Positions 1-7,980 of a DNA stretch of 64,000 nucleotides are shown here, one piece after another. The stretch's first letter is position 1. Each line of letters begins with the position of its first letter. The DNA comes from Patescibacteria group bacterium. GTDB taxonomy: Bacteria; Patescibacteriota; Minisyncoccia; 2-02-FULL-40-12; IGHO2-01-FULL-4-A. Under the pieces are notes generated by a model. The model had not been told where the DNA came from and did no database searches. It was given only the letters and a program-made list of their open reading frames with translations. The DNA lies in the NCBI GenBank assembly GCA_038064015.1, contig JBBTUB010000015.1, positions 7,093-71,092 on the forward strand, read 5' to 3'. The translations under genes were made by a program, and so were the position numbers.

Positions 1-1
1 G

Positions 2-250
2 GCAAAGTACGAGGCGTTCAACTGGCACGTCATTGAGATCAACGCGCATAATTTTACTGATATCATTGACGCCATCGAAACCGCCAAAGAAATCACCGCA
101 AAGCCCACCTTGATCATCGCCAATACGATCCCCGGCAAGGGAATCAAGAGCATGGAAGGCGATTATCTGTGGCACGGCAAGCCGCCCACTAAAGATGAAG
201 CAAAAGTTTTTATTGAGGAACTGCGCTCGAAGGGAGGTGCGTATGAATAA
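2..250 (+). CDS. transketolase, N-terminal (TPP-binding) subunit, 3' end only (truncated by window start)
   Basis: In-frame translation AKYEAFNWHVIEINAHNFTDIIDAIE...WHGKPPTKDEA ends TAA at 248-250. Matches the C-terminal end of split transketolase N-section. Followed by the C-terminal subunit gene. Confidence 0.7.
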   Translation, partial: AKYEAFNWHVIEINAHNFTDIIDAIETAKEITAKPTLIIANTIPGKGIKSMEGDYLWHGKPPTKDEAKVFIEELRSKGGAYE

Positions 251-509
251 TTGTAAATGTTTTCACCATGGGTTTGCGAAAGTGATGTCGGTGCTGGCGG
301 GGCTGGCGGCGATCGCGTTTTTGTACACCGCATGGTCAGGGAATTTGTTGTTTGACATGCCCGGCGACGGGTATTTTGCCCACGTCGTGGTATTCTCATT
401 GGTAATGTTTGGCACCAAGATGTGCAAGTGCTGCTGTGACGCCGGTTGCGGCAAAGGCTGCGGCTCAGGAATCTGTATGCCAGGCAACAACGACCACAAG
501 ACGATGTAG
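243..509 (+). CDS. small hydrophobic protein with Cys-rich tail (MNNCKCF...KMCKCCCDAGCGKGCGSGICMPG)
   Basis: 88-aa ORF starting at ATG overlapping the tkt-N stop (gtATGAATAA). Two hydrophobic segments followed by a CxC/CCC/CGxGC cluster. Function unknown. Confidence 0.35.
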   Translation: MNNCKCFHHGFAKVMSVLAGLAAIAFLYTAWSGNLLFDMPGDGYFAHVVVFSLVMFGTKMCKCCCDAGCGKGCGSGICMPGNNDHKTM

Positions 510-552
510 TTTCTTCCTCTGGGCCTCTCTGGGCCTAGAGATAAGCAACCAT

Positions 553-1539
553 ATGATCAATCCCGAAGCAAAATTAATTCCGAATCTCTTCGATCCTAAG
601 ATCGAGATGGTCCCGACGCGCGACGGATATGGTCGTGGCGTAGTGGAAGCAGGAGAAAAAGATGAGCGAATCGTCGTGCTGTGCGCCGATCTTTTTGAGT
701 CTACGCGATCGCAGTGGTTTCAAGAAAAATTCCCCAAGCGCGCCATCGAGGTGGGCGTCGCGGAGCAAAACATGGTGACGCTTGCTTCCGGCATGGCGAG
801 CTACGGCAAGATTCCCTTCGCGGCATCGTACGCCGCATTCTCGCCGGGCAGGAACTGGGAACAAATCCGTACCACGATCTGCATCAACAATATGCCGGTC
901 AAAGTCGTCGGCGCGCACGCGGGCATCTCCGTGGGACCCGATGGCGCGACCCACCAAGCCCTTGAAGATATCGCCCTCATGCGGAGCCTGCCTCGCATGA
1001 CCGTCGTCGTGCCATGCGATGCGGTGGAGGCGAAAAAGGCGACCCTCGAGCTTGCCACTAGACCCGGCCCTGGCTATATCCGTATTGGCCGTGAAAAGTC
1101 GCCCGTATTCACGACTCCTGATTCACCGTTTAAAATCGGCCGCGCCGAGGTACTTCGAGAAGGCAAAGACGTGGCGATCATCGGGTGCGGCATATTGCTT
1201 CACAACTGTCTTCTCGCCGCGGAAGAATTGTCAAAAAGCGGCATCGAAGCGGCGGTGATCAACAATCACACGATCAAGCCGATGGACGAAGCCACGATTA
1301 TTGCGGCAGCAAAAAAATGCAAAGCCGTCGTCACCGTGGAAGAGCATCAGGTGATGGCCGGCATGGGATCAGCCGTGGCGGAAGTCCTGGCCCGCAATTG
1401 CCCGACCCCACAGGAATTTGTCGGCATCCATGATCGCTTCGGCGAATCCGGCAAAGCGAGCGAGCTCATCAAGCATTTCCAGCTCGATAGCCCCAGCATC
1501 ATCGCCGCTGTGCATAAGGTGATTAGCAGAAAAATGTAA
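553..1539 (+). CDS. transketolase, C-terminal (pyrimidine-binding + C-terminal domain) subunit
   Basis: MINPEAKLIP...RDGYGRGVVEAGEKDERIVVLCADL...HAGISVGPDGATHQALEDIALMRSLP. ATG at 553, in frame with the 409 ORF. Typical split-transketolase C-section. Confidence 0.85.
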   Translation: MINPEAKLIPNLFDPKIEMVPTRDGYGRGVVEAGEKDERIVVLCADLFESTRSQWFQEKFPKRAIEVGVAEQNMVTLASGMASYGKIPFAASYAAFSPGRNWEQIRTTICINNMPVKVVGAHAGISVGPDGATHQALEDIALMRSLPRMTVVVPCDAVEAKKATLELATRPGPGYIRIGREKSPVFTTPDSPFKIGRAEVLREGKDVAIIGCGILLHNCLLAAEELSKSGIEAAVINNHTIKPMDEATIIAAAKKCKAVVTVEEHQVMAGMGSAVAEVLARNCPTPQEFVGIHDRFGESGKASELIKHFQLDSPSIIAAVHKVISRKM

Positions 1540-1560
1540 CCGGCAGTATACTATCTGCAT

Positions 1561-3135
1561 ATGGAAAAAATACTCAAGACTCTTTTTGGCACAGCAGATC
1601 GAACGGTAGTGTCGGTAATCGTAGGCGTGGTGTTCGTTGGTATGACCGCGTCAGGCGCTATCAATAATCTAGGAGTGGCAATCAATGAGAACCAAGCGGC
1701 GACACCGGAAGCGGCGCTTGATCGCGCTACGATCAATGCCCAGCTGGCAGGAAAGTGCTTTGGCGACAAAACACCGAGGGTATTCTTAACGTGGCCCGCT
1801 ATTAACGGGACGATACAGAAACAAACTGACCGAGGAGCATGGGTCAGTCTTACCAACTCCAACCGCAAGACATTCTATGTTGATTGGGATGCTTCTCTCG
1901 GAACTCAATATGCGTATAGAATCAAGAAATCTCAAAAAACTGTTTCAAATATTCTCAGGCTCCGCGTCACCGCTGCAGGCTGTACCGTAACGCCCATTGC
2001 CGCAGCGGCGACCTCAACCGTTCCGGGACATATAGCGCCTTTCTATACCGATGAAACGATCCGCTTCTCAGTCATCGGCGAACCCAACCGCCCGGTTCAG
2101 TTGTGTTACAAATTTACTTCTAACACAACGCCTCCGAACGGAACTACCGTGTGTGAACCACAAGACGCATCGTTTAATCAAAAGACGACCGTTGATGGAA
2201 CGTGGTCAAAGGAGAAGTCGTTCGGGACGGGTTCAGTTACCGCATGGTTCCTTGTTCAAAACCAAAAAAGCAATGTGCTTCAATTTTCTGTAATCTCACC
2301 CCCAGCGATACCCACTGGACTCACCGCAACACCGGGTTCATTGGCGTGCGACGAAACTCTGACGCCAATCACGTTGACGTGGGATGTAGCTCCTGGCGCC
2401 GTGTCATACACGGTTGGAAAATCCACAGTCTCCGGTGGACCTTATATCACAGTCGCTACTAACCTGACTTCAACAACATATTCCGACCAAGAAAGCAGAT
2501 CGGGACAGTACTACGTCGTAAGCTCTACCGACCAATACGGAAGGGCGAGTCAGTTTTCAGTCGAAGTCTTGGCCGATTTCTTTCCCGGAACCTGCCCGAC
2601 TCCCACACAAAATGCTGATTTGAGTGTTGCTCGTGCTCCAGATTCTCCCGCTAGTACCAATGTATACTGGGGACAAATTGATGTTCCTTTCTCAAAATTA
2701 AGATTCTCGAGCACGCAGGAAGGTTTCTACCTCACGAAATTTACCCTTCGCGGAGGAGGAACGGGCACCCAGGTATCTGATTTCACCGATAACGTTTTAG
2801 AGGTAGGGATCCGCTACCGAAACAAAGCCGGGCAATTAGTAACCAAAAAACAGCTCTTTTCATCCCTCGGAATCGCTACCTTTACATGGCCGACAAGTGA
2901 CCAGGATGCTCCCTATGTGCCAAAGGATAGCGTGGCAGGCATATCCGTGGTTGGTAGTATTAAGTCCGCTGACCAGCAAGTCCGTCCTGAAGGAGCACAA
3001 ATATCAATCGATTTTTCCGGTGAAGCTGGTGACTTCCTTGCACATGGAGAAGACTCGGGAATCGTGCTTGATGGTACCTCACCCTTCATTATCGATATCG
3101 CCGGAAACTCAATGACGGTTTATCAGTCCTTCTAG
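1561..3135 (+). CDS. hypothetical membrane-anchored/secreted protein (N-terminal TM or signal anchor, beta-rich extracellular region)
   Basis: 524-aa ORF. N-terminal hydrophobic helix VVSVIVGVVFVGMTASGAI. Thr/Ser-rich, Ig/FN3-like repeats suggested by repeated T-P-x motifs. No recognisable catalytic motif. Confidence 0.5.
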   Translation: MEKILKTLFGTADRTVVSVIVGVVFVGMTASGAINNLGVAINENQAATPEAALDRATINAQLAGKCFGDKTPRVFLTWPAINGTIQKQTDRGAWVSLTNSNRKTFYVDWDASLGTQYAYRIKKSQKTVSNILRLRVTAAGCTVTPIAAAATSTVPGHIAPFYTDETIRFSVIGEPNRPVQLCYKFTSNTTPPNGTTVCEPQDASFNQKTTVDGTWSKEKSFGTGSVTAWFLVQNQKSNVLQFSVISPPAIPTGLTATPGSLACDETLTPITLTWDVAPGAVSYTVGKSTVSGGPYITVATNLTSTTYSDQESRSGQYYVVSSTDQYGRASQFSVEVLADFFPGTCPTPTQNADLSVARAPDSPASTNVYWGQIDVPFSKLRFSSTQEGFYLTKFTLRGGGTGTQVSDFTDNVLEVGIRYRNKAGQLVTKKQLFSSLGIATFTWPTSDQDAPYVPKDSVAGISVVGSIKSADQQVRPEGAQISIDFSGEAGDFLAHGEDSGIVLDGTSPFIIDIAGNSMTVYQSF

Positions 3136-3144
3136 TCTAGCTCG

Positions 3145-4767
3145 TTAGTACACTTGGTACGCCTCAAGGAGCGCGTCTTCGTAGACCAGCGGGAGTTTTA
3201 ATTTTGCCATATAGCGCTTTAAATCCTGTTCATCGCGGGGGATCAGGATGTAACGGACGTTGAGATTCATAAGGATTTTTTTGCCGTCTTGTGGTGGAGT
3301 TTTGTTGCGAAAGCGTTCGCCTTCAGCAACTAAATCATGGACTACTAGTGTTTTCTCAAGAAAAGTATTAGCACTAATCGTCGGTCGAGTTGTGTATCCA
3401 TCAATCAAAGGATGCCCGTGGATCGTTTGGTAGTAAAGCACCTTGGCAGGAGCATCGCTAATGTCGATGATTGCATACTGATCACGATCCTGGGCGAGTT
3501 GAGTATAAAAAGGCGAGTAGGTGGTCGCCGATACCTCAACCGGAGCAGGGAAGTACTCGATCATAAGCGCGATCAAAAATATGATAGCCATCGCAGTGCC
3601 GCGGCGATACTGGGTGAGTTTGGTAATAGTTTTACTGACTAAGATCCCTAGGCACAGGGAAGTAACAACAAAAAACCGTGCGGGAACACCGGCATACTGA
3701 AGCACCTCGATATGACGGACAAGCCAGTCATAGGGCAAGTGAAATGACGTCACGACGCGGCCCCCGATTTGGAGGTAGGGACCTAAAGAGAGTATGGCAA
3801 ATAGTAAACCGAGAATAGTCCATAACCAAAAGTGGTTTGTCCTGGCTTTCCCGAAGCCCCACAAGAGCAAAAAGATAACGCTAAGCCCGACATACGAACC
3901 GCTTTCACGCCATCCGGGCCAGTGATTCCAATACCATGAGGTAACTTCATGGTACGCGGATCGGCCACCGGGAATGAAAAAGCTTTTCAGATCATTGGAG
4001 TTTTTCAGGGGATCATGTCCAATAACGTCAAGATCTTGGCTTATGCCACGAGCAACCGTACCAAGATATGGCGAGGCAATGAGCGCAGTGAGCACGGCAA
4101 TAAGGACAAGCCGCAGGATGATGCTACGATTTCGCGAAGCTGCTTTGCATGCAAGCTGCCAGATCACCAAAAATCCAAGCATTAAAAACAAAAAGAAAAA
4201 GTAGTACCAATCAAGGTACGCGGTGAGCCCACAGACGATGCCGGCACCGATCCAATCCCAGCGTTTGCCCTCAAGGGTTCGCAAAACGAAAAGCACGGCA
4301 AGCGGGAACACCTCGATCGAAAGCAGGTGCAGATGCCCGTAGAAATGCACGAGGTGATAGGGCGAGAATGAAAATAAAAATCCTCCGATGAATGCCGCCA
4401 GATGATGCTTGGTGATATACCAACAGAGTGCGTACATTGCCAACGCGGCAAATATAAAATGCGCGATGACAAGAACATTGTAGGCTGCAACAAGCCCGAC
4501 GGCATACGAGAGCACGACGCCCACCATAGAATTGAGAAGCGTGAACGTCTGGAGAAGCAGTGAGATGCCATCGGGCCAATGAAGATAGTTCGTATAAAAA
4601 AGATGAGCTCCCGGCTCAGTGATAGCTTTTTTGATCCACCAAAAATTCCACACAAACTGCCACGCGTCGCCATGCCCCGCAAGGCTTCGAAAATTCAAAA
4701 CCAGCGGATAGAGATACGCCAGCGTGAGCGCGCTATACCAAAGTGCGAATTTTTGCCAGGTCTTCAC
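3145..4767 (-). CDS. polytopic membrane protein, putative GT-C-type glycosyltransferase (PMT/ArnT/YfhO-like)
   Basis: 540 aa with more than 10 predicted TM helices N-terminally and a ~150-aa soluble C-terminal domain. Architecture typical of GT-C membrane glycosyltransferases. No database search done. Confidence 0.4.
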   Translation of the reverse strand: MKTWQKFALWYSALTLAYLYPLVLNFRSLAGHGDAWQFVWNFWWIKKAITEPGAHLFYTNYLHWPDGISLLLQTFTLLNSMVGVVLSYAVGLVAAYNVLVIAHFIFAALAMYALCWYITKHHLAAFIGGFLFSFSPYHLVHFYGHLHLLSIEVFPLAVLFVLRTLEGKRWDWIGAGIVCGLTAYLDWYYFFFLFLMLGFLVIWQLACKAASRNRSIILRLVLIAVLTALIASPYLGTVARGISQDLDVIGHDPLKNSNDLKSFFIPGGRSAYHEVTSWYWNHWPGWRESGSYVGLSVIFLLLWGFGKARTNHFWLWTILGLLFAILSLGPYLQIGGRVVTSFHLPYDWLVRHIEVLQYAGVPARFFVVTSLCLGILVSKTITKLTQYRRGTAMAIIFLIALMIEYFPAPVEVSATTYSPFYTQLAQDRDQYAIIDISDAPAKVLYYQTIHGHPLIDGYTTRPTISANTFLEKTLVVHDLVAEGERFRNKTPPQDGKKILMNLNVRYILIPRDEQDLKRYMAKLKLPLVYEDALLEAYQVY

Positions 4768-5275
4768 GGAATAATGGTTCCCAGTTAATATTTCTCAAAA
4801 TTGCCGCGGGATGGTAGGTGATGAGGAATCGGTGGCCGCCTTGCTCCAAAACTCGACCACGATTTTCCGCCATAGTTCCCGTAAGTCCCATACCTGCCAT
4901 GGCGACGCGCCCAACAAGTACAATGAGCGTGGGCTCAACGACGGCAATTTCTTTTTCAATCGAAGGACGGAATTTCGCGATCTCTTCGTCAGTCGGCGTG
5001 CGATTCTTGCCGAGTTCATCTGCTGGCCGATATTTTACAATATTAGAAATATAAAAATCACTTCGCTTCCAGCCGAGCGCTTCAAGCGTCGCGATGAGGA
5101 GCTTTCCCGCGCGCCCGACAAACGGCTTGCCCCGCCGTTCTTCATCTTGCCCCGGAGCTTCTCCGATGATCATGATCTTCGCATCCGGATCACCATCGCT
5201 AAACACGAGCTTTCGACCCGGATAGGCCTTCCTGATGGCCGTCCAGAGATATTCAAGTTTTTGATTTTTCGTCAT
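4733..5275 (-). CDS. uracil-DNA glycosylase, family 4
   Basis: Motif A IMIIGEAPGQDEERRGKPFVGRAGKLL and C-terminal HPAAILR motif characteristic of family 4 UDG. Confidence 0.8.
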   Translation of the reverse strand: MTKNQKLEYLWTAIRKAYPGRKLVFSDGDPDAKIMIIGEAPGQDEERRGKPFVGRAGKLLIATLEALGWKRSDFYISNIVKYRPADELGKNRTPTDEEIAKFRPSIEKEIAVVEPTLIVLVGRVAMAGMGLTGTMAENRGRVLEQGGHRFLITYHPAAILRNINWEPLFREDLAKIRTLV

Positions 5276-5298
5276 TTGTGGTGTAGCCTGAAGATACT

Positions 5299-6888
5299 AT
5301 GAAAAAACTACTTTTAGCAAGCCTCGTCGCCATGGGGATGGTGCTTGGATTAAGTCAAGCGGCTCAAGCAATACCGGGAGCACTCCCCGGAACGTATAAT
5401 CTTCGAGAGGGGGACGTAGTAGGTGCATCTGCTTATGGTGATCCCGATCTTTTCATTATTAACAAAGATGGGTATAAGCGTCTCTTTTTAAATCCAATAA
5501 TTTTTAATTTTTATGGTCACTTGGGTGGGTACTCAAAGGTGAAGCCGATTAGCATTACCGCTCGCGATCAATTTGAAACATCGCTGTTATTCCGCAACTG
5601 CGAAACCAATGCGCAAGCTATATACGCGCTTGAAGTTACTGGGGAAGACACTGGAAAGCTCCATTGGCTGAATATGACCGGCGATGCTGCCGTAGCTCAA
5701 GATTCACAATTCTTTAGAAAAATCTTCTGCATCAACAACAACGAATACAGCTGGTACTCCATGGGTCCCGCTTATACGTCGTTGTCGCAAATTCCTGCAT
5801 ATAGCCGAACGAGTGGCGAACCCATCTCTTCAAACGCACCGTGCAAAGGATATGAAGTGCTTCGTCCGGTGACGACAACCAATAGCACCAAGGTTACATT
5901 TTCCTTCAACACCTCCAATTGCAGTAAAGGCGTAGCCGTTGAAGTGTCTTCGACGGCAAACTTTAGTAGTCGTACGGAAGTAGGAAGAGTATACGCCACG
6001 GGAGAATATACCTTTACTGCTCACGTGCCATCTCCCGCAGGTCAGCAGGTGTATTATCGCATCGTAGACCTTGCAACTATGAATGTGATTATTACAGGAC
6101 AACCATTTACACTTTCTTCGAGTGTCGTTCCAACTCCCACTCCAGGCACGATTGCTCCCGATGATGAACGCTTATACGAAGTCTCCTATATTGTTTTTGG
6201 CGTTGAAGAATACCATGCAGATTATGGGATGTATCCAACCGATATCACGTGGGCAACAATTGGCAAGTACATGAGTAACGACCTCGAGCTGGTCGATCCT
6301 GCCGGTGGCGCGTATGGATACGCCGTAAATGCCGATCGCACCAAATACCATGTATGGGCAAAGCTTAGCGCTTATTCGAATTGGCTCACGGAAGATTCAG
6401 ATTTTAATTCAGCAGCAGTAAATTGGGGGCCACGTCCCGTCGATGGAACCAAAGAAGTATGCAATTCCAGCTATAATTCTTGTATCTTTGACATCGATTC
6501 ATCTTTGCTTGAGTCAGCCAGAAGCAAGGCGCGCGACGCCAAGCGTATCAGTGATGTAAGTCAAATCCGCACGGCCATCGAACTCTATTACGACGACCAT
6601 GGACAATATCCTTCCGATATTACTGATTCGAAGGTGGTAATCTACTTTGCGAGCGGCACTACACCAAAAGACCCTACGACAAATGCAATATATGGCTATG
6701 CCCACAACTCCACGCTCACAAAGTACCAGGTCTGGACGACGCTAGAAGTTAATAACACCAGCGCATTATCATTCGATGCCGATGTCCCAGCCTACTCAAA
6801 CGGCTGGGGTCCTCGCGCTATCAATGGCGATGACTCAATGTGCAGTACCAACACCACGACCTGCATCTTTGACTTGGGTATTCTGTAA
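5299..6888 (+). CDS. secreted protein with Sec signal peptide and two C-terminal pilin-like (GspG/type IV pilin fold) repeats
   Basis: Signal peptide MKKLLLASLVAMGMVLGLSQAAQA. Two repeats of the pilin alpha1-C/loop consensus: ERLYEVSYIVFGVEEYHADYGMYPTDI and DAKRISDVSQIRTAIELYYDDHGQYPSDI. Each is followed by a ...C...C disulfide-pair region (CNSSYNSCIFD / CSTNTTTCIFD). Confidence 0.55.
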   Translation: MKKLLLASLVAMGMVLGLSQAAQAIPGALPGTYNLREGDVVGASAYGDPDLFIINKDGYKRLFLNPIIFNFYGHLGGYSKVKPISITARDQFETSLLFRNCETNAQAIYALEVTGEDTGKLHWLNMTGDAAVAQDSQFFRKIFCINNNEYSWYSMGPAYTSLSQIPAYSRTSGEPISSNAPCKGYEVLRPVTTTNSTKVTFSFNTSNCSKGVAVEVSSTANFSSRTEVGRVYATGEYTFTAHVPSPAGQQVYYRIVDLATMNVIITGQPFTLSSSVVPTPTPGTIAPDDERLYEVSYIVFGVEEYHADYGMYPTDITWATIGKYMSNDLELVDPAGGAYGYAVNADRTKYHVWAKLSAYSNWLTEDSDFNSAAVNWGPRPVDGTKEVCNSSYNSCIFDIDSSLLESARSKARDAKRISDVSQIRTAIELYYDDHGQYPSDITDSKVVIYFASGTTPKDPTTNAIYGYAHNSTLTKYQVWTTLEVNNTSALSFDADVPAYSNGWGPRAINGDDSMCSTNTTTCIFDLGIL

Positions 6889-6949
6889 GCTCTCCAATCT
6901 TTGATTTTTTGGCCAACTTCTGCTATCCTGCCATAGTATTTTTTAGTCT

Positions 6950-7021
6950 GGGCGACTAGTTCAGTGGTAGAACGCGTTCCTGATAAGAACGAGGTCGTAG
7001 GTTCGATTCCTACGTCGCCCA
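6950..7021 (+). tRNA. tRNA-Ile (anticodon GAU)
   Basis: Cloverleaf GGGCGAC/GUCGCCC acceptor, anticodon loop CUGAUAA, T-loop UUCGAUU. No encoded CCA. Confidence 0.85.
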
Positions 7022-7058
7022 CTTTCTTCTTTCTCTTCTTCTTTGGTATACTACATGT

Positions 7059-7886
7059 ATGCTACAAGAACCAACCGATCTTCCGACCGACAAACCTTAC
7101 ATGCCCGGCACGCCGGGGAAGGATTTTCGCTCGACGAAGCGAGAGGCGCTCAATGTCCCTGCCTCCAAACTTCCCCTCGTCGAGGAGCCGGCACATCCCA
7201 ATGATTTTCGACAGTCATTCCACTGGCGTGTATTTCGCATCATCGCGGAGTTCGTGGACGGATGGCAGTTTTTGGGAGATTACAAAAAGATGGTCACGTT
7301 CTTTGGCTCGGCCCGCTTCAAAGAAGATAGCCCATGGTATCAAGAGGCGCGCAAACTCGGCCATGGCCTCGCGGAACTGGGCTTTGATGTGGTGACGGGC
7401 GGGGGACCGGGCATCATGGAGGCCGCCAACCAGGGTGCGCACGAGGTCCATGAGCATTCCGGCGCCTCGATGGAAAACCATAACAAGAAAGTTGGAGACT
7501 CCATCGGCCTCAACATCAAGCTTCCGTTTGAGCAGCGCATCAATCCGTACGTAGACAAGGCGGTGGCATTTCACTATTTTTTCGTCCGGAAAGTCATGCT
7601 CTCGTATTACGCCCAAGCGTATATTTTCTTCCCGGGAGGATTTGGGACGCTCGATGAGGTCTTCGAAATCATCACGCTCATCCAAACCAAAAAGATCACC
7701 AGCCACAGCCCCGTGATCTTGGTGGGCAAAGCGTTCTGGGCACCCCTCTTGCAATGGATCGAGCAGGGGGTCTATGAGCAATTCAGTGCCATTGACCAAG
7801 GGGACATGAAGATTTACAATCTCGTGGATAGCGCTGAAGAAGCGCTTGAGATCATCAAAAAATCTCCTGAACGCACAGAGTTCTAA
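7059..7886 (+). CDS. LOG family protein (TIGR00730 Rossmann-fold nucleotide-binding / cytokinin riboside 5'-monophosphate phosphoribohydrolase-like)
   Basis: MVTFFGSARFKE...GFDVVTGGGPGIMEAANQGA...PGGFGTLDEVFEIITLIQTKK are LOG family signatures (PGGxGTxxE). Confidence 0.8.
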   Translation: MLQEPTDLPTDKPYMPGTPGKDFRSTKREALNVPASKLPLVEEPAHPNDFRQSFHWRVFRIIAEFVDGWQFLGDYKKMVTFFGSARFKEDSPWYQEARKLGHGLAELGFDVVTGGGPGIMEAANQGAHEVHEHSGASMENHNKKVGDSIGLNIKLPFEQRINPYVDKAVAFHYFFVRKVMLSYYAQAYIFFPGGFGTLDEVFEIITLIQTKKITSHSPVILVGKAFWAPLLQWIEQGVYEQFSAIDQGDMKIYNLVDSAEEALEIIKKSPERTEF

Positions 7887-7887
7887 T

Positions 7888-7959
7888 GGGCCGTTAGCTC
7901 AGCGGTAGAGCACCTCATTTGCAATGAGGGGGTCAGCGGTTCAAATCCGCTACGGTCCA
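7888..7959 (+). tRNA. tRNA-Ala (anticodon UGC)
   Basis: Acceptor GGGCCGU/ACGGUCC with G3:U70 identity pair. Anticodon loop UUUGCAA. T-loop UUCAAAU. Confidence 0.85.
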
Positions 7960-7980
7960 CTTCTTCGCTAAAGCTACGAA

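Noticed and set aside
4182-4682. 166-aa and 102-aa ORFs on minus strand inside the GT-C membrane protein locus
   Set aside because: They are alternative frames within the 3145-4767 gene, Arg/Cys/Ser-rich and typical of non-coding frames.
6792-7395. ORFs 6792-7022 (-) and 6964-7395 (+) spanning the tRNA-Ile locus
   Set aside because: Both overlap or read through a well-folded tRNA-Ile(GAU) and have no motifs; they are spurious.
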